A stretch of 62,394 bases of DNA, filler included, from 4 parts of 4 records of this genome joined end to end with filler, not necessarily neighbours in it; one strand, 5' to 3'; shown: positions 28,609-41,976, counted from the whole stretch's first letter. Translations and numbers: made by a program. Notes: generated by a model not told the origin, from the letters alone.

Positions 28609-30189
28609 ATGAACTATAAGATAAATGAAGTTTCGGTATCCGTTAAAAACACGCATATCGACTATAAATGTGAGATTGCAAAAAAACTAAATATTGATGA
28701 AAATCAAATCTTGAATTACAAGATAGCAAGAAGATCTTTGGATGCAAGAAAAAAGCATGACATCAGGTACAAGTATAGCTTTGAGTTGGATATTGATAAA
28801 AGTATTGCTGAAAAACTATTAAAAGTTAAAAAAATAGTGGAAATTACCGCAAAGCAAGATAAGCCAATTGTTTTTGGGGATGATAAGATAGATAACCAGA
28901 TTATCATTGTAGGCGCTGGACCTTGTGGTCTGTTTGCAGCATATAAATTACTAAAACTTGGCTACAAAGTAATTTTAATTGAGCGTGGTAAAGAGATCAG
29001 CAAAAGAAAAATTGATGTTGATATTTTGCACAGTCAAGGTGAACTAGACCTAGATTCCAATGTCTGTTTCGGGCAAGGAGGAGCTGGGACTTTTTCTGAC
29101 GGAAAGCTTACTACAAGAATCAAAGATATTAATGCCAAGGAAGTGCTTGAAACATTTGTGCGTTGTGGTGCTAAAGAAAGCATATTGTATGAAGCAAAGC
29201 CGCATCTTGGAACAGATGGCATGCAAAAAATAATTCAAAATCTCACTAAGGATATTTTATCGCTTGGCGGTAAAGTTTTATTTAGCGCAAGACTTTGCGA
29301 AATTATTATAGAAAATAGTAATGTAAAAGGAATTGTATATGAAAAAAACAATGCAAAATATGAGTTGAATACAAATGCTGTTGTTTTAGCTACTGGACAT
29401 AGTGCAAAAGATGTATACACAATGCTATATAACAAGGAAGTTCATTTAGAGAAAAAGCCAACAGCTATTGGATTTAGAGTTGAACATAAAAGAGAATATA
29501 TTGATGATATTCAACACGCAGGTTTTAAAGAATACTTAAGTTCAGCAGAATATTCATTAACAGCTAAGCATAATGGTAGGGGCGTATATAGTTTTTGTAT
29601 GTGTCCTGGCGGAGTGGTGGTTTGTTCATCAACTCAGCAAGAAAGTTTATGTATTAATGGTATGAGCTATAGTGCAAGAGATATGGAAAACTCAAATTCA
29701 GCTTTAGTTGTCAATATAAGACCAGAAGATGTCGAGGGTGATGCATTATCCATACTGGAGTATATTTACAGCATAGAAAGGCTAGCCTATAATGATGGGT
29801 TTGTCGCTCCAGCTCAAAAGATTTCTGATTATATTAAAGGTAATAGTACTAAATCCTTTAATCATGTAAAACCTTCATATATGAATGGAACAATCATGAA
29901 AGATTTAAATACAATTATGCCAAGTTATGTTAACGAAAGTTTAAAAGTTGGCTTGAAATCTTTTGATAGAAGAATGAATGGGTTTATTGACAACGGCATA
30001 TTGACTGGAGTCGAAACTAGAACATCATCGCCAGTTAGGATTACAAGGGATATTGATTACCAGAGTGTAAATATTAAAGGACTATACCCAGCTGGAGAGG
30101 GTGCAGGATATGCTGGCGGAATTATGTCCGCTGCTGTAGATGGAATTAGAACTGCAATAAAGATTGCGGAGAAGTTTGAACGTAATTAA
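28609..30189 (+). CDS. FAD-dependent oxidoreductase (uncharacterised conserved flavoprotein)
   Basis: IIIVGAGPCG, FGQGGAGTFSDGKL, KPHLGTD, FCMCPGG, GVETRTSSP, GEGAGYAGGIMSAAVDG. Confidence 0.88.
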   Translation: MNYKINEVSVSVKNTHIDYKCEIAKKLNIDENQILNYKIARRSLDARKKHDIRYKYSFELDIDKSIAEKLLKVKKIVEITAKQDKPIVFGDDKIDNQIIIVGAGPCGLFAAYKLLKLGYKVILIERGKEISKRKIDVDILHSQGELDLDSNVCFGQGGAGTFSDGKLTTRIKDINAKEVLETFVRCGAKESILYEAKPHLGTDGMQKIIQNLTKDILSLGGKVLFSARLCEIIIENSNVKGIVYEKNNAKYELNTNAVVLATGHSAKDVYTMLYNKEVHLEKKPTAIGFRVEHKREYIDDIQHAGFKEYLSSAEYSLTAKHNGRGVYSFCMCPGGVVVCSSTQQESLCINGMSYSARDMENSNSALVVNIRPEDVEGDALSILEYIYSIERLAYNDGFVAPAQKISDYIKGNSTKSFNHVKPSYMNGTIMKDLNTIMPSYVNESLKVGLKSFDRRMNGFIDNGILTGVETRTSSPVRITRDIDYQSVNIKGLYPAGEGAGYAGGIMSAAVDGIRTAIKIAEKFERN

Positions 30190-30215
30190 TATTTTTATAT
30201 ATAGAGGAGTGGTTT

Positions 30216-32275
<2,060 letters not shown>

Positions 32276-32352
32276 TCATCTATTATGGTATCATGTAGTT
32301 TGAAATATTTACTAAATAAAATTTATTGATTTATATAAAGGAGAATAGCATA

Positions 32353-32640
32353 ATGCGAATTAGCGAAGCGGAAGTTGATAGAATTGCTAATCTTTCACGG
32401 CTTAAACTGGAAGGCGAGCAGAAAGAAAAGATGATGCAAAACTTAGAGGACGTTTTAGGTCATTGTGAAAAGCTTAATGAGCTTGATACAAGTGATGTAA
32501 AGCCAACAGCACATATTTTACCTGTTGAAAATGTATTTAGGGAAGATGTTGTGCATCAAGATATAGGCAGAGATGAATTAACAGCTAATGCACCAGAAAG
32601 ACAAGATGGTTGCTATATTGTCCCTAGAGTTGTTGAATAA
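32353..32640 (+). CDS. gatC: Asp/Glu-tRNA amidotransferase subunit C
   Basis: IANLSRL, LNELDTSDVKPT, NVFRED, NAP, VPRVVE; AAGGAG RBS. Confidence 0.93.
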   Translation: MRISEAEVDRIANLSRLKLEGEQKEKMMQNLEDVLGHCEKLNELDTSDVKPTAHILPVENVFREDVVHQDIGRDELTANAPERQDGCYIVPRVVE

Positions 32641-32649
32641 AATAGAGAA

Positions 32650-34113
32650 ATGGAGATGGATGTGAGTAATACAAAATTGACATTAAAACAAACGATTGAC
32701 AAGCTAAAGGCAGGGGATATTACTTCTAGTCAGCTTGTAGATGAATATATTGATAGAATAAATAGTGTAGATGAAAAGGTTTGCGCTTTTAACCATACTA
32801 CTTTTGAATCAGCTAAGAAAAAAGCAAGCGAAGTCGATAAAAAGATTGAAAGCGGTGAAGCTTCTGGGCTATATGGCGTACCTTTTGCACTAAAAGATAA
32901 TATGTGTACAAAGGGCATAAAGACAACTTGTGCTTCGAAAATATTGGAAGATTTTGTTCCGCCTTATGATGCAACTGTTACTGAAAAGTTAGATGAATCG
33001 GATGGTGTTTTGCTTGGAAAAGTAAATATGGACGAATTTGCAATGGGTTCTTCAACTGAAAACTCAGCATTTAAAATTACTAATAACCCTCATGACTTAA
33101 CAAGAGTCCCAGGTGGTTCTTCTGGTGGGTCTGCGGCATGTGTTGCAGCAAGTGAGGTTTGTTTTGCACTAGGGTCAGATACAGGCGGATCAATACGTCA
33201 GCCGGCATCCTATTGTGGTGTTGTTGGTTTAAAACCAACGTACGGCTTGGTGTCAAGATACGGTCTTGTTGCTTTTGCCTCTTCATTAGATCAAATTGGA
33301 CCTTTAACAAAAACAGTTGAAGATAGTGCAATAGTTTTAAATGCAATTGCAGGACATGATGCTAAAGATTCTACTTCTATAAAAAGCGAAAAAGCAGATT
33401 ATGCTAATGGATTGGATAAAGAAATAAAAGGTCTTAAAATTGGTGTTCCAAAAGAATACTTTTTGGATGGACTATCAAGCGAAGTTAAATCTGCAGTTGA
33501 TAAATCGATAAAAATTTATGAAGATTTGGGTGCACAAGTTTGTGAAACAAGCTTACCTACATTTGACTATGCTCTTTCAGCCTATTATATAATTTCTTCA
33601 GCTGAAGCAACATCAAACCTTTCAAGGTACGATGGTGTAAAATATGGATATCGAGCAAGTCAGTTTGAAGATATTGTTGATCTTTATAAGCAAACACGTA
33701 CAGAAGCCTTTGGTGATGAAGTTAAAAGAAGAATGATGCTTGGAAACTATGTACTATCGTCGGGTTATTATGATGCATATTATTTAAAAGCTCAAAAAGT
33801 TAGAACTTTAATCAAGCAGGATTTTGATAATATTTTTGATGAATTTGATTTAATTCTTTCTCCAACGGCACCAGGAGTTGCTTTTAAACAAGGAGAAAAA
33901 GAAGACCCAATGGCTATGTATATGAATGATATTTATACTGTACCTGTTAATATTGCTGGTTTACCTGCTATATCAATTCCTTGTGGTCTAGATAGCGAAA
34001 ATATGCCTATAGGCATGCAACTAATAGGAAAACCTCTTTCAGAGCAAACGATTTTGAATGCAGGTTATGTTTATGAACAAGCAAGAGGTGCATTTGTTGC
34101 ACCAAAACTTTAG
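32650..34113 (+). CDS. gatA: Asp/Glu-tRNA amidotransferase subunit A
   Basis: Amidase signature [35 protein letters not shown]. True start may be GTG 32662. Confidence 0.96.
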   Translation: MEMDVSNTKLTLKQTIDKLKAGDITSSQLVDEYIDRINSVDEKVCAFNHTTFESAKKKASEVDKKIESGEASGLYGVPFALKDNMCTKGIKTTCASKILEDFVPPYDATVTEKLDESDGVLLGKVNMDEFAMGSSTENSAFKITNNPHDLTRVPGGSSGGSAACVAASEVCFALGSDTGGSIRQPASYCGVVGLKPTYGLVSRYGLVAFASSLDQIGPLTKTVEDSAIVLNAIAGHDAKDSTSIKSEKADYANGLDKEIKGLKIGVPKEYFLDGLSSEVKSAVDKSIKIYEDLGAQVCETSLPTFDYALSAYYIISSAEATSNLSRYDGVKYGYRASQFEDIVDLYKQTRTEAFGDEVKRRMMLGNYVLSSGYYDAYYLKAQKVRTLIKQDFDNIFDEFDLILSPTAPGVAFKQGEKEDPMAMYMNDIYTVPVNIAGLPAISIPCGLDSENMPIGMQLIGKPLSEQTILNAGYVYEQARGAFVAPKL

Positions 34114-34128
34114 GGAGGATTCATTGAG

Positions 34129-35556
34129 ATGAAATATGAAACAGTTGTGGGATTAGAAGTCCACGTTGAATTATCTACAAATACAAAAATATTTTGTTCA
34201 TGCCCTAATGAATTTGGCGGTGAACCGAATACACATTCTTGTCCAATCTGTACTGGCATGCCTGGTGTTTTGCCAGTTTTAAATGAAAAAGTAGTGGAAT
34301 ATGCAGCTAAAGCTGGTCTTGCATTAAATTGTGAAGTTGCTAATTTTTCTAAGATGGATAGAAAAGGATATTATTATCCTGACCTTCCAAAAGCATATCA
34401 GATATCGCAGTTTGATTTGCCTATATGTAATCATGGATACGTTACTATTAATACTGATGGTATTGAAAAAGACATCAGAATATTGAGGATTCATATGGAA
34501 GAGGATGCAGGTAAGCTAATTCACGAAGGCAGCGTTGGTTCTAAAGTTGATTATAATAGATGTGGTGTTCCACTAATTGAGATTGTAACAGAACCAGATA
34601 TTCGCTCTGCTGATGAAGCTAAAGACTTTTTAGATAAACTTAAAGCTATAATGGAATATGTAGGCGTTTCTGATTGTAAAATGCAGGAAGGGTCTCTTCG
34701 CTGTGATGTTAATGTTTCTGTTAGACCAGTAGGTCAAAAGGAATTTGGAACACGTTGCGAGATGAAAAACGTTAATAGTTTTGCAAGCGCTTATAAGTCG
34801 ATTATTTATGAATCAAAAAGACAAATCGAACTTATTGAAGATGGGGAAGAGGTTATACAACAAACGAGAAGATGGGATGATGAAAAGGGCAAAACTTTTG
34901 CAATGCGTGGAAAAGAAGAAGCTCATGACTATAGATACTTCCCAGATCCAGACCTTGTTCCTGTCGTTTTGACGGATGAACAGATTTCTGAATATAAGGA
35001 TAGTTTACCAGAGCTCCCAACCGAAAAGAAGCAAAGATTTATTGAAAAACTTGGTCTTTCAGAATATGATGCTGGTGTTTTAACATCATCAAAATATATA
35101 GCAAATTATTTTGAAAAAGGTCTAGAGCAATATAACAATCCTAAAAAACTTGCAAACTGGATTATGGGCGATTTATTAAGAATACTAAAAGATGAAAACA
35201 TATTAGTAGAGGATTTAGATTCTGACCCAAGTTTGATGACAGAAGCACTAAAGCTTGTTGATGATGGTGTTGTTAATGTTACAGTTGGAAAATCAGTATT
35301 TGAAGAAAGCTTTAAAACAAATAAAAAGCCATCTTTAATAGTTGAAGAAAAAGGATTAAAGCAAATTAGTGATACGTCTGAGCTAGAACAGATGATAAAG
35401 GATATTGTTGCTTCGAATCCTAAACCAGCAGAAGACTACAAAGCAGGAAACAAAAAAGCGCTTACTTTTTACGTTGGTCAAATGATGAAAGCTACTAAAG
35501 GTAAAGCCAACCCTAAGGTTGTAAATGAGCTTGTGTTAAAGATAATAAACGAATAG
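34129..35556 (+). CDS. gatB: Asp/Glu-tRNA amidotransferase subunit B
   Basis: GLEVHVEL, YYYPDLPKAYQISQ, HMEEDAGK, DYRYFPDPDL, GQMMKATKGKANP. Confidence 0.96.
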   Translation: MKYETVVGLEVHVELSTNTKIFCSCPNEFGGEPNTHSCPICTGMPGVLPVLNEKVVEYAAKAGLALNCEVANFSKMDRKGYYYPDLPKAYQISQFDLPICNHGYVTINTDGIEKDIRILRIHMEEDAGKLIHEGSVGSKVDYNRCGVPLIEIVTEPDIRSADEAKDFLDKLKAIMEYVGVSDCKMQEGSLRCDVNVSVRPVGQKEFGTRCEMKNVNSFASAYKSIIYESKRQIELIEDGEEVIQQTRRWDDEKGKTFAMRGKEEAHDYRYFPDPDLVPVVLTDEQISEYKDSLPELPTEKKQRFIEKLGLSEYDAGVLTSSKYIANYFEKGLEQYNNPKKLANWIMGDLLRILKDENILVEDLDSDPSLMTEALKLVDDGVVNVTVGKSVFEESFKTNKKPSLIVEEKGLKQISDTSELEQMIKDIVASNPKPAEDYKAGNKKALTFYVGQMMKATKGKANPKVVNELVLKIINE

Positions 35557-35582
35557 CAATACATGAAAGATGAAATTTTGTT

Positions 35583-36083
35583 GTGGAATATTCTTTTAGA
35601 AAAGCTGAAGTTTACGACCTAGAAGAAGTGTATTTGGTAAAACAAGAGTGCACTTTTGATATGGACAGCAAAGGTATAGATCAGTGGGATAGTATATATC
35701 CATCAAAAAACACTTTAAAAGATGATATATTAGGTGGCAATGCGTATGTTATGTTGCTTCATAATATTATTATTGGCTTTGTAACAATAAATAGCAAACA
35801 AGATAGTGAATATAGCCAGGTTGAATGGCAATATAATTTAAGTTCTATTGGAGTTATTCATAGATTTATGATTAGACCAAATGTACAAGGGTGTGGTTAC
35901 GCTAAAGCACTGCTGAAATTTACTGAAAAAATGGCTAAAGAAAACAAGTTTGAGGTTATTCGTTTAGATGCGTATACACATAATCTTAAAGCATTAAGAC
36001 TTTATGAGAAAAACGGATATAAACATGTTGGAAAAGTTAAATTTCGAAAAGGTATATTCAATTGCTATGAAAAATTGATTTAA
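35583..36083 (+). CDS. GNAT-family N-acetyltransferase
   Basis: GIDQW...YP, IHRFMIRPNVQGCGYA (acetyl-CoA motif A), IRLDAY..N..AL.LYEKNGY. Confidence 0.88.
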   Translation: MEYSFRKAEVYDLEEVYLVKQECTFDMDSKGIDQWDSIYPSKNTLKDDILGGNAYVMLLHNIIIGFVTINSKQDSEYSQVEWQYNLSSIGVIHRFMIRPNVQGCGYAKALLKFTEKMAKENKFEVIRLDAYTHNLKALRLYEKNGYKHVGKVKFRKGIFNCYEKLI

Positions 36084-36107
36084 TAAGAAAAGTATGGAAT
36101 TTTAAAT

Positions 36108-37088
36108 ATGGAAATAGGAAAGTTTTCTTCTGAAAAACTAAATGAGATAGTCATATCAAAAATAAATAACAAGCGAAGTGAAGTTGTGCTTTCGGCTAGT
36201 GTTGGTGAAGATTGCGCCGCTATAGACTTAGAAGATAAGCTTTGTGTTATAAGCACAGATCCTATAACTGGTGCTACAAATGATGTAGGCAAACTTAGCG
36301 TTCATGTTTCTGTAAATGATATTGCTTCATCAGGAGCAGAGCCAGTTGGCATACTAATAACACTTTTAGCGCCTCCAACATCCACTTTTGCTGAAATTGA
36401 GCATGTAATAGATCAAATTAGTGCTACATGTGATGAACTTAACCTTGATATTGTTGGTGGTCATACCGAAGTTACTGATGCTGTAAATAGAATTGTTGTA
36501 TCTTCAACCGTGCTTGGAAAATGCGATAAGCAAAAAATCGTATCATCTTCTGGTGCTAAAGATGGTGACAGTATAATAATTACAAAAGATATAGGATTAG
36601 AGGGTACATCTATTATAGCAACTGATTTTGAAGGTAAATTAAAAGATAACTTTACTTGTGATGAATTAAAAAATGCTAAAGAATTATCAAATCAACTAAG
36701 TGTTTTGAATGAAGGATTAATTGCAGCAAAGCATGGAGCAAGCTCTATGCATGATATCACTGAAGGCGGAGTGTATGGGGGATTGCATGAAGTTTGCAGT
36801 TCTTCAAATATAGGTGCAGTTGTTTATCAGGACAAAATACCAGTACTTGATATCACAAAAAAAATATGTGAAGAGTTTAATCTAGACCCATATCGACTAA
36901 TTTCTTCTGGCAGCATGATAATAACAATTGGTGAAGAAAAAGATTTATTAAAAGAACTTGAATCTGTTGGAATAAAAGCTACTGTAATAGGGAAAATAGA
37001 ATATGGAGATATTTTTACTGTAATTAATGACAAAAAAATATTGATAGACTCCCCAAGACCAGATGAACTTTTTAAGATTTTGAGGTAG
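36108..37088 (+). CDS. AIR-synthase/PurM-superfamily protein (HypE-like)
   Basis: GEDCAA, STDPITG, VNDIASSGAEP, GGHTEVT, MHDITEGG, DPYRLISSG. Confidence 0.85.
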   Translation: MEIGKFSSEKLNEIVISKINNKRSEVVLSASVGEDCAAIDLEDKLCVISTDPITGATNDVGKLSVHVSVNDIASSGAEPVGILITLLAPPTSTFAEIEHVIDQISATCDELNLDIVGGHTEVTDAVNRIVVSSTVLGKCDKQKIVSSSGAKDGDSIIITKDIGLEGTSIIATDFEGKLKDNFTCDELKNAKELSNQLSVLNEGLIAAKHGASSMHDITEGGVYGGLHEVCSSSNIGAVVYQDKIPVLDITKKICEEFNLDPYRLISSGSMIITIGEEKDLLKELESVGIKATVIGKIEYGDIFTVINDKKILIDSPRPDELFKILR

Positions 37089-37093
37089 TTTTT

Positions 37094-37780
37094 ATGAAGT
37101 TGGATCAACTGATTTTACAAAAGGCAAAAAAATATAAAATTAATAAAATTGGGCAAAATGATATTTGCAAGCTAGACATTACTGATGCTGAAGAAGTATT
37201 GGTAGAGCTTGAGGATATATATTTAAACAGGCATAGATATAAACTTGAATATGCATATGAACATGCTCATATTACGCTTAAAAGTTTTTATAAACGTTTT
37301 TTAAAAGAGTTTGATATTGAAAGAGGCAAATACGAGCATAGCGATACTGAGCATCATCATATTTCTAAATTTATAAATAAGCTAAACAATCATATTAAAA
37401 GACTCCGTATAGATTATCATAGGCATAATTTAGTGATACTAGTTACTTCGCTCATACTATCATTAGCTTTGATTTTAGGGATACATTGGATAACTGAACA
37501 CTTTGTTCGTAGGTTTAAAGATGTTATTGATGCATTTATCATTGTATTTGTGTTTGGTGTTTTAAAAGTCTTTTTAGAAGAAAGATTTTTGCGTGAGCGC
37601 ATTGATAAGTATGGATGGAAGACATACAAAAAGAATCTTGATAAAACAAAAATTAACTTTGCAAAGATTATTTTATCTCATATAGTGATCGAAAAAGCAA
37701 ACAAAACAGGCATTTTACTAAGGGATTTAATAGGTGATCATAGAAAATTTTTACATTCTTTAAATAATTATAGTGAATAA
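37094..37780 (+). CDS. Hypothetical membrane protein (2 predicted TM helices, His-rich loops)
   Basis: 228-aa ORF with GAGG RBS and two hydrophobic segments (about aa 112-132 and 143-160). Confidence 0.65.
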   Translation: MKLDQLILQKAKKYKINKIGQNDICKLDITDAEEVLVELEDIYLNRHRYKLEYAYEHAHITLKSFYKRFLKEFDIERGKYEHSDTEHHHISKFINKLNNHIKRLRIDYHRHNLVILVTSLILSLALILGIHWITEHFVRRFKDVIDAFIIVFVFGVLKVFLEERFLRERIDKYGWKTYKKNLDKTKINFAKIILSHIVIEKANKTGILLRDLIGDHRKFLHSLNNYSE

Positions 37781-37875
37781 ACTAACAATATTTACAACAA
37801 TTACGTAATAGTTATTGATAATACACGTGCTATAAAATATAATGTATATATTAAACTATATAGGAGAGTGTTATC

Positions 37876-38244
37876 ATGGATGAAATTGTATCAATTGTTT
37901 TAAATACTATAACTAATAAGTACGCTGATTTTGAAGGTAGAGCTTCTAGAAAAGAATATTGGTATTTTGCTTTAGTAGCATTTGTAGTTAGTGCTGTATT
38001 GAATATTTTTGCGAGAATACCATATTTAGGATGGCTATTTGTAACTGTAAGTTCTTTAGTTGGTCTTGCGTTATTAATTCCTGGTATAGCTTTAGGAGTT
38101 AGAAGATTACATGATATTGGAAAAAGTGGTTGGCTTTTGCTGCTTGCATTAATTCCTGTTGTTGGAGCTATTATTTTAATAGTTTTCTTCTGTCAAGAAT
38201 CTCAAAGTGGCACTAATGAGTATGGACCAAACCCATTAGGATAA
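37876..38244 (+). CDS. DUF805-family membrane protein
   Basis: YADFEGRASRKEYW, VRRLHDIGKSGW, NEYGPNP. Confidence 0.92.
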   Translation: MDEIVSIVLNTITNKYADFEGRASRKEYWYFALVAFVVSAVLNIFARIPYLGWLFVTVSSLVGLALLIPGIALGVRRLHDIGKSGWLLLLALIPVVGAIILIVFFCQESQSGTNEYGPNPLG

Positions 38245-38265
38245 TAACACATGTAAAAGCATATT

Positions 38266-38297
38266 AAAAGAGTAGTATATAACACTACTCTTTTTTT
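38266..38297. terminator. Bidirectional terminator between DUF805 and zupT
   Basis: AAAAGAGTAGT...ACTACTCTTTT stem with a T tail. Confidence 0.8.
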
Positions 38298-38304
38298 GGA
38301 TATA

Positions 38305-39126
38305 TTAGATAAATAATAATAAGCTAATAGCCATAACCGCCATACCAGAGATTAAACCGTATAAAGACAGATGCGCTTCGCCATATTCACGAGATGCAGG
38401 AAGAAGTTCATCTAGTGCGATAAACACCATAATACCAGCAACTGATGCAAATAAAATTCCAAATACAAAATCATTCAAATACTTCATTAAAACCAAGTAA
38501 GCTAAGATAGCACCAAGTGGTTCCGATAAACCAGAAAGAAAAGAATACCAGAAAGCTTTCTTTTTGTCGTTTGTAGCATAATATACAGGAACAGAAACCG
38601 CAATACCTTCTGGTATATTATGAATAGCAATTGCGACTGCTATTGCAATACCTAAAGATGGATCATTTAAAGCAGCTGCAAAAGTAGCAATACCTTCAGG
38701 GAAGTTATGAATAGCTATGGCGATTGCAACGTATATCCCTGTATTCATCAACTTCTTTGTATCTTTTGCTTTTGCATCTATTGGTTTTTGCATATCTTCA
38801 ATGCTCTTAACTTCATGAGGATTTTGCATTTCTGGGACTAATTTATCTATTAATGCAATGATTATCATACCAGCAAAAAAAGCTCCAACAGTTACAAAGC
38901 TTCCTTTAGCCTCACCAAGCGCATGTGTTAAGGAATCCTTTGCTTTAAAGAAGATTTCAACAAACGAAACGTATATCATGACACCAGCAGAAAAGCCTAA
39001 AGATACCGACAAAAACTTGGTATTTGTTGTTTTTGCAAATAGTGCAATTACACTACCAATTCCAGTAGATAAACCTGCAAAAAGTGTTAAGGATAATGCA
39101 TATAAAACAGGGTGAGAAACTAACAT
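38305..39126 (-). CDS. zupT: ZIP-family zinc transporter ZupT
   Basis: LFAGLSTGIG, GFSAGVMIYVSF, HNFPEG, HNIPEG, DELLP. Confidence 0.93.
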   Translation of the reverse strand: MLVSHPVLYALSLTLFAGLSTGIGSVIALFAKTTNTKFLSVSLGFSAGVMIYVSFVEIFFKAKDSLTHALGEAKGSFVTVGAFFAGMIIIALIDKLVPEMQNPHEVKSIEDMQKPIDAKAKDTKKLMNTGIYVAIAIAIHNFPEGIATFAAALNDPSLGIAIAVAIAIHNIPEGIAVSVPVYYATNDKKKAFWYSFLSGLSEPLGAILAYLVLMKYLNDFVFGILFASVAGIMVFIALDELLPASREYGEAHLSLYGLISGMAVMAISLLLFI

Positions 39127-39257
39127 AAAATACCTCCAAATATCTTTCTTTATAATAAAGTTAGCTATTACTTACTTTATTTAATATAAATTAACACCAT
39201 AATAAAAAAATGTCAATATAATAAATATTAAAATAATTACACAAAAGCCTTTGATAA

Positions 39258-40310
39258 TTAACTAGAAAACTGTTCAACTCTGTTTTTACCATTGTTTTTA
39301 GCCAAATACATAGCTTTATCGGCAGAAACAAACAATTTATTAAATGAATAGTTATAATCATGTTGACACGCAATACCAATACTAACAGTACACGAAATTG
39401 TTTTTGAATCATCAATAGATATTTTTGTAAACGCAATACTGCTGCGAATCTTTTCTGCTAAATATGTGTAAGAATGCTTGTTGCTATTAGTCAATATCAC
39501 ACAGAACTCTTCTCCACCGATCCTTGCAACAACACCATCATAACCTACAGTTTCAATCATGCTATTTGCCACAGCTTTTATAACTTTATCACCATTAAAA
39601 TGCCCATGTATATCATTTATCTCTTTAAAATCATCAATATCAATTATTATAATACATATTTTATCATCTATATATTGTTTATCATTGTTATACAGTTCAA
39701 ACATATATCGTCTATTATATAACCCTGTCAGCTGATCAGTTATCGACTGATGGTATAATTCTTTTTTTATACTATTTAGCCTTGTAATATGAGAATATAG
39801 TAAAAAAAACAACCCAAACATCAGTGATGTGATAACAAATATATTGATAATTCTTGTTGGAAGAATTGGTATAGGATATAAATAACTCAATTTATCTTCT
39901 ATAATTTCTCTTGCTATATATAACACTAAACTAATTAAAGCTATAATAGTTTTTGTTATATCAATTTTTGCATCTCTGATTATAAGCATAACCATAGGGT
40001 ACATCAAAAAATAGTTATGAATCTTTATAGCAAAACCAAATATAAAATATGTATAAACAAAAATATGAAACATATTGATGAAGGTTATAATATATACAAA
40101 GTACCATTTTTTGAATCTTATACCTGTATACCAAAAAATAATATATATCATAATAAATGAAAAATTCAGCATTACTAGACTAAAATTTTTTACAAACACA
40201 ATATAAATTAAAGAAAAAAATATAGAAGTTAAAATTGAAATAAGCGAGTAATATTTGATTACAAACTCATCGTATTTGTCAAAATAGCCATTATCATGTT
40301 GTTTTTCCAT
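39258..40310 (-). CDS. Membrane-anchored diguanylate cyclase (GGDEF)
   Basis: N-terminal multi-TM region; TDQLTGLYNRR, DIDDFKEINDIHGH, RIGGEEF, ADKAMYLAKNNGKN. Confidence 0.92.
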   Translation of the reverse strand: MEKQHDNGYFDKYDEFVIKYYSLISILTSIFFSLIYIVFVKNFSLVMLNFSFIMIYIIFWYTGIRFKKWYFVYIITFINMFHIFVYTYFIFGFAIKIHNYFLMYPMVMLIIRDAKIDITKTIIALISLVLYIAREIIEDKLSYLYPIPILPTRIINIFVITSLMFGLFFLLYSHITRLNSIKKELYHQSITDQLTGLYNRRYMFELYNNDKQYIDDKICIIIIDIDDFKEINDIHGHFNGDKVIKAVANSMIETVGYDGVVARIGGEEFCVILTNSNKHSYTYLAEKIRSSIAFTKISIDDSKTISCTVSIGIACQHDYNYSFNKLFVSADKAMYLAKNNGKNRVEQFSS

Positions 40311-40517
40311 AATTATCCTCGAAAATAGAATATAAATTACTAAATTATTGTAAACTTTTTAAGAAATTAAAGCAAGTACTATAATTTTTTGCACTATTAC
40401 ATTATATAGTAAAAAAATGTTACAAAACAGTGAATTTTATGATATAATTTATAGAATATAAAGAAAACCATTACTTAATTACATATAAAAAATCAAGGAA
40501 AAGTGGGGGGAACAATT

Positions 40518-41633
40518 ATGAAAAAGATTGGTTTGATGGCTAAACAAATATTATTAGTGGGAATGCCACTTCTGCTAATTATTATTCTTCTTATGTATAC
40601 TGCTTTAACGGCTTCATCAAGAGTTCAAGAACTTGCTATGAAATTTGAAACTGAAAGCTTTACTAGTGTTGAGCTTGTTTTAAATGCTGACCGTGATTTT
40701 TATCAAGCTCTAGATGGGTTTAACAACATGATATTGAATAAAGATGACGCAAGCAAGTTTGAAGAGGCGAAAGAAACTTATTTATCTAATTTAGATGATG
40801 TAGAAAAACGAATGAAAGAAATACAAGTTATCTCTGAAAACAATGATAATATTGCTTCATTAAGTATGGATGATGGTAAGACGGTCTCTGAAAGGATACC
40901 TGTTTTCTTTTCTGAGACTGAAAAGTGGCGAGAATCAGTTGACGATGTTATAACAGGACTTGAGTCTGGTAAAGATCCAGATCAAATAAAAAAAGAGATT
41001 GATAAGAGTAATGAATTGTTCAATAGCGCAAGGGACGAATTGGATGTTATTGGAGAAAGCCTAGGCTTATATCCGGCTATTTTAACTAATAATGAAATTC
41101 AAAAAACAAAAAGTGGAATGAGCGTTATGTATACCATTATAGCAATAGTTGTTATTGGTTCGTTTGCCCTTGTAATACTTTTTATCAGAAAAATGATAAA
41201 ATCTTTAGAGGAAATAGCAAACAAGGAGCAAAATTCAGTAGAGGGATTGCTATCTGCTTCTATTCAACTAGCTGGTTCAAGCCAACAGTTATCGGAAGGA
41301 GCATCTGAACAAGCAGCGTCTATTGAAGAAACATCAGCAACAATGGATGAAACATCTTCAATGGTTTCGCAAAATGCTGAAAATACAAAGCAAGCAAATA
41401 TCTATTCCAAAAATGCTAGTGATGCTGCAACTGAAGGCTCTAAAAAGATGAAGAATCTAGCAGATTCTATGCATGAACTTAAAAAGTCATCTACTGAGAT
41501 CAGTAAAATTATTAAAGTAATTGATGATATTGCTTTCCAAACTAACATGCTTGCACTAAATGCTGCTGTAGAAGCCGCACGTGCTGGTGATGCTGGACAA
41601 GGTTTTGCTGTTGTTGCTGAAGAAGTTAGAAAT
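40518..41633 (+). CDS. Methyl-accepting chemotaxis protein, 3'-truncated
   Basis: Two TM segments around a periplasmic helical sensor; [47 protein letters not shown]. Confidence 0.93.
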
Positions 41634-41733
41634 NNNNNNNNNNNNNNNNNNNNNNNNNNNNNNNNNNNNNNNNNNNNTTAATTAATTAANNNNNNNNNNN
41701 NNNNNNNNNNNNNNNNNNNNNNNNNNNNNNNNN
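41634..41733. other. Artificial contig-joining linker
   Basis: Same N44-TTAATTAATTAA-N44 structure. Confidence 0.97.
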
Positions 41734-41734
41734 T

Positions 41735-41773
41735 TCAGGATCATGTCCAGTAGAAGCAATCGCAGCAGGATAA
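41735..41773 (+). CDS. 3' end of a small 2[4Fe-4S] ferredoxin
   Basis: SGSCPVEAIAAG* matches the ...CPVxAI ferredoxin tail; followed by a terminator. Confidence 0.55.
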   Translation, partial: SGSCPVEAIAAG

Positions 41774-41788
41774 TTGAATAATTAATTG

Positions 41789-41819
41789 AGGAAAGAGTTA
41801 TTGGCTCTTTCCTTTTTTT
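41789..41819 (+). terminator. Intrinsic terminator
   Basis: AGGAAAGAG-ttattgg-CTCTTTCCT followed by a T run. Confidence 0.8.
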
Positions 41820-41976
41820 ATGCTCATACTTTAATAAAATTGGAATTAATATACCTGTAGCTTGGAATTGTGTACTAACAGAGTATTAGATCAAAGTGTT
41901 TTGTAAGAAGTTTACTATTGTATGATATATATATAATTTATATATTTTTAAATAGTAAAAAAACGTTAAAAGTCTC

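Noticed and set aside
36108-37088. HypE implying a [NiFe]-hydrogenase maturation locus
   Set aside because: No C-terminal PRIC motif and no other hyp genes; a generic PurM-superfamily protein.
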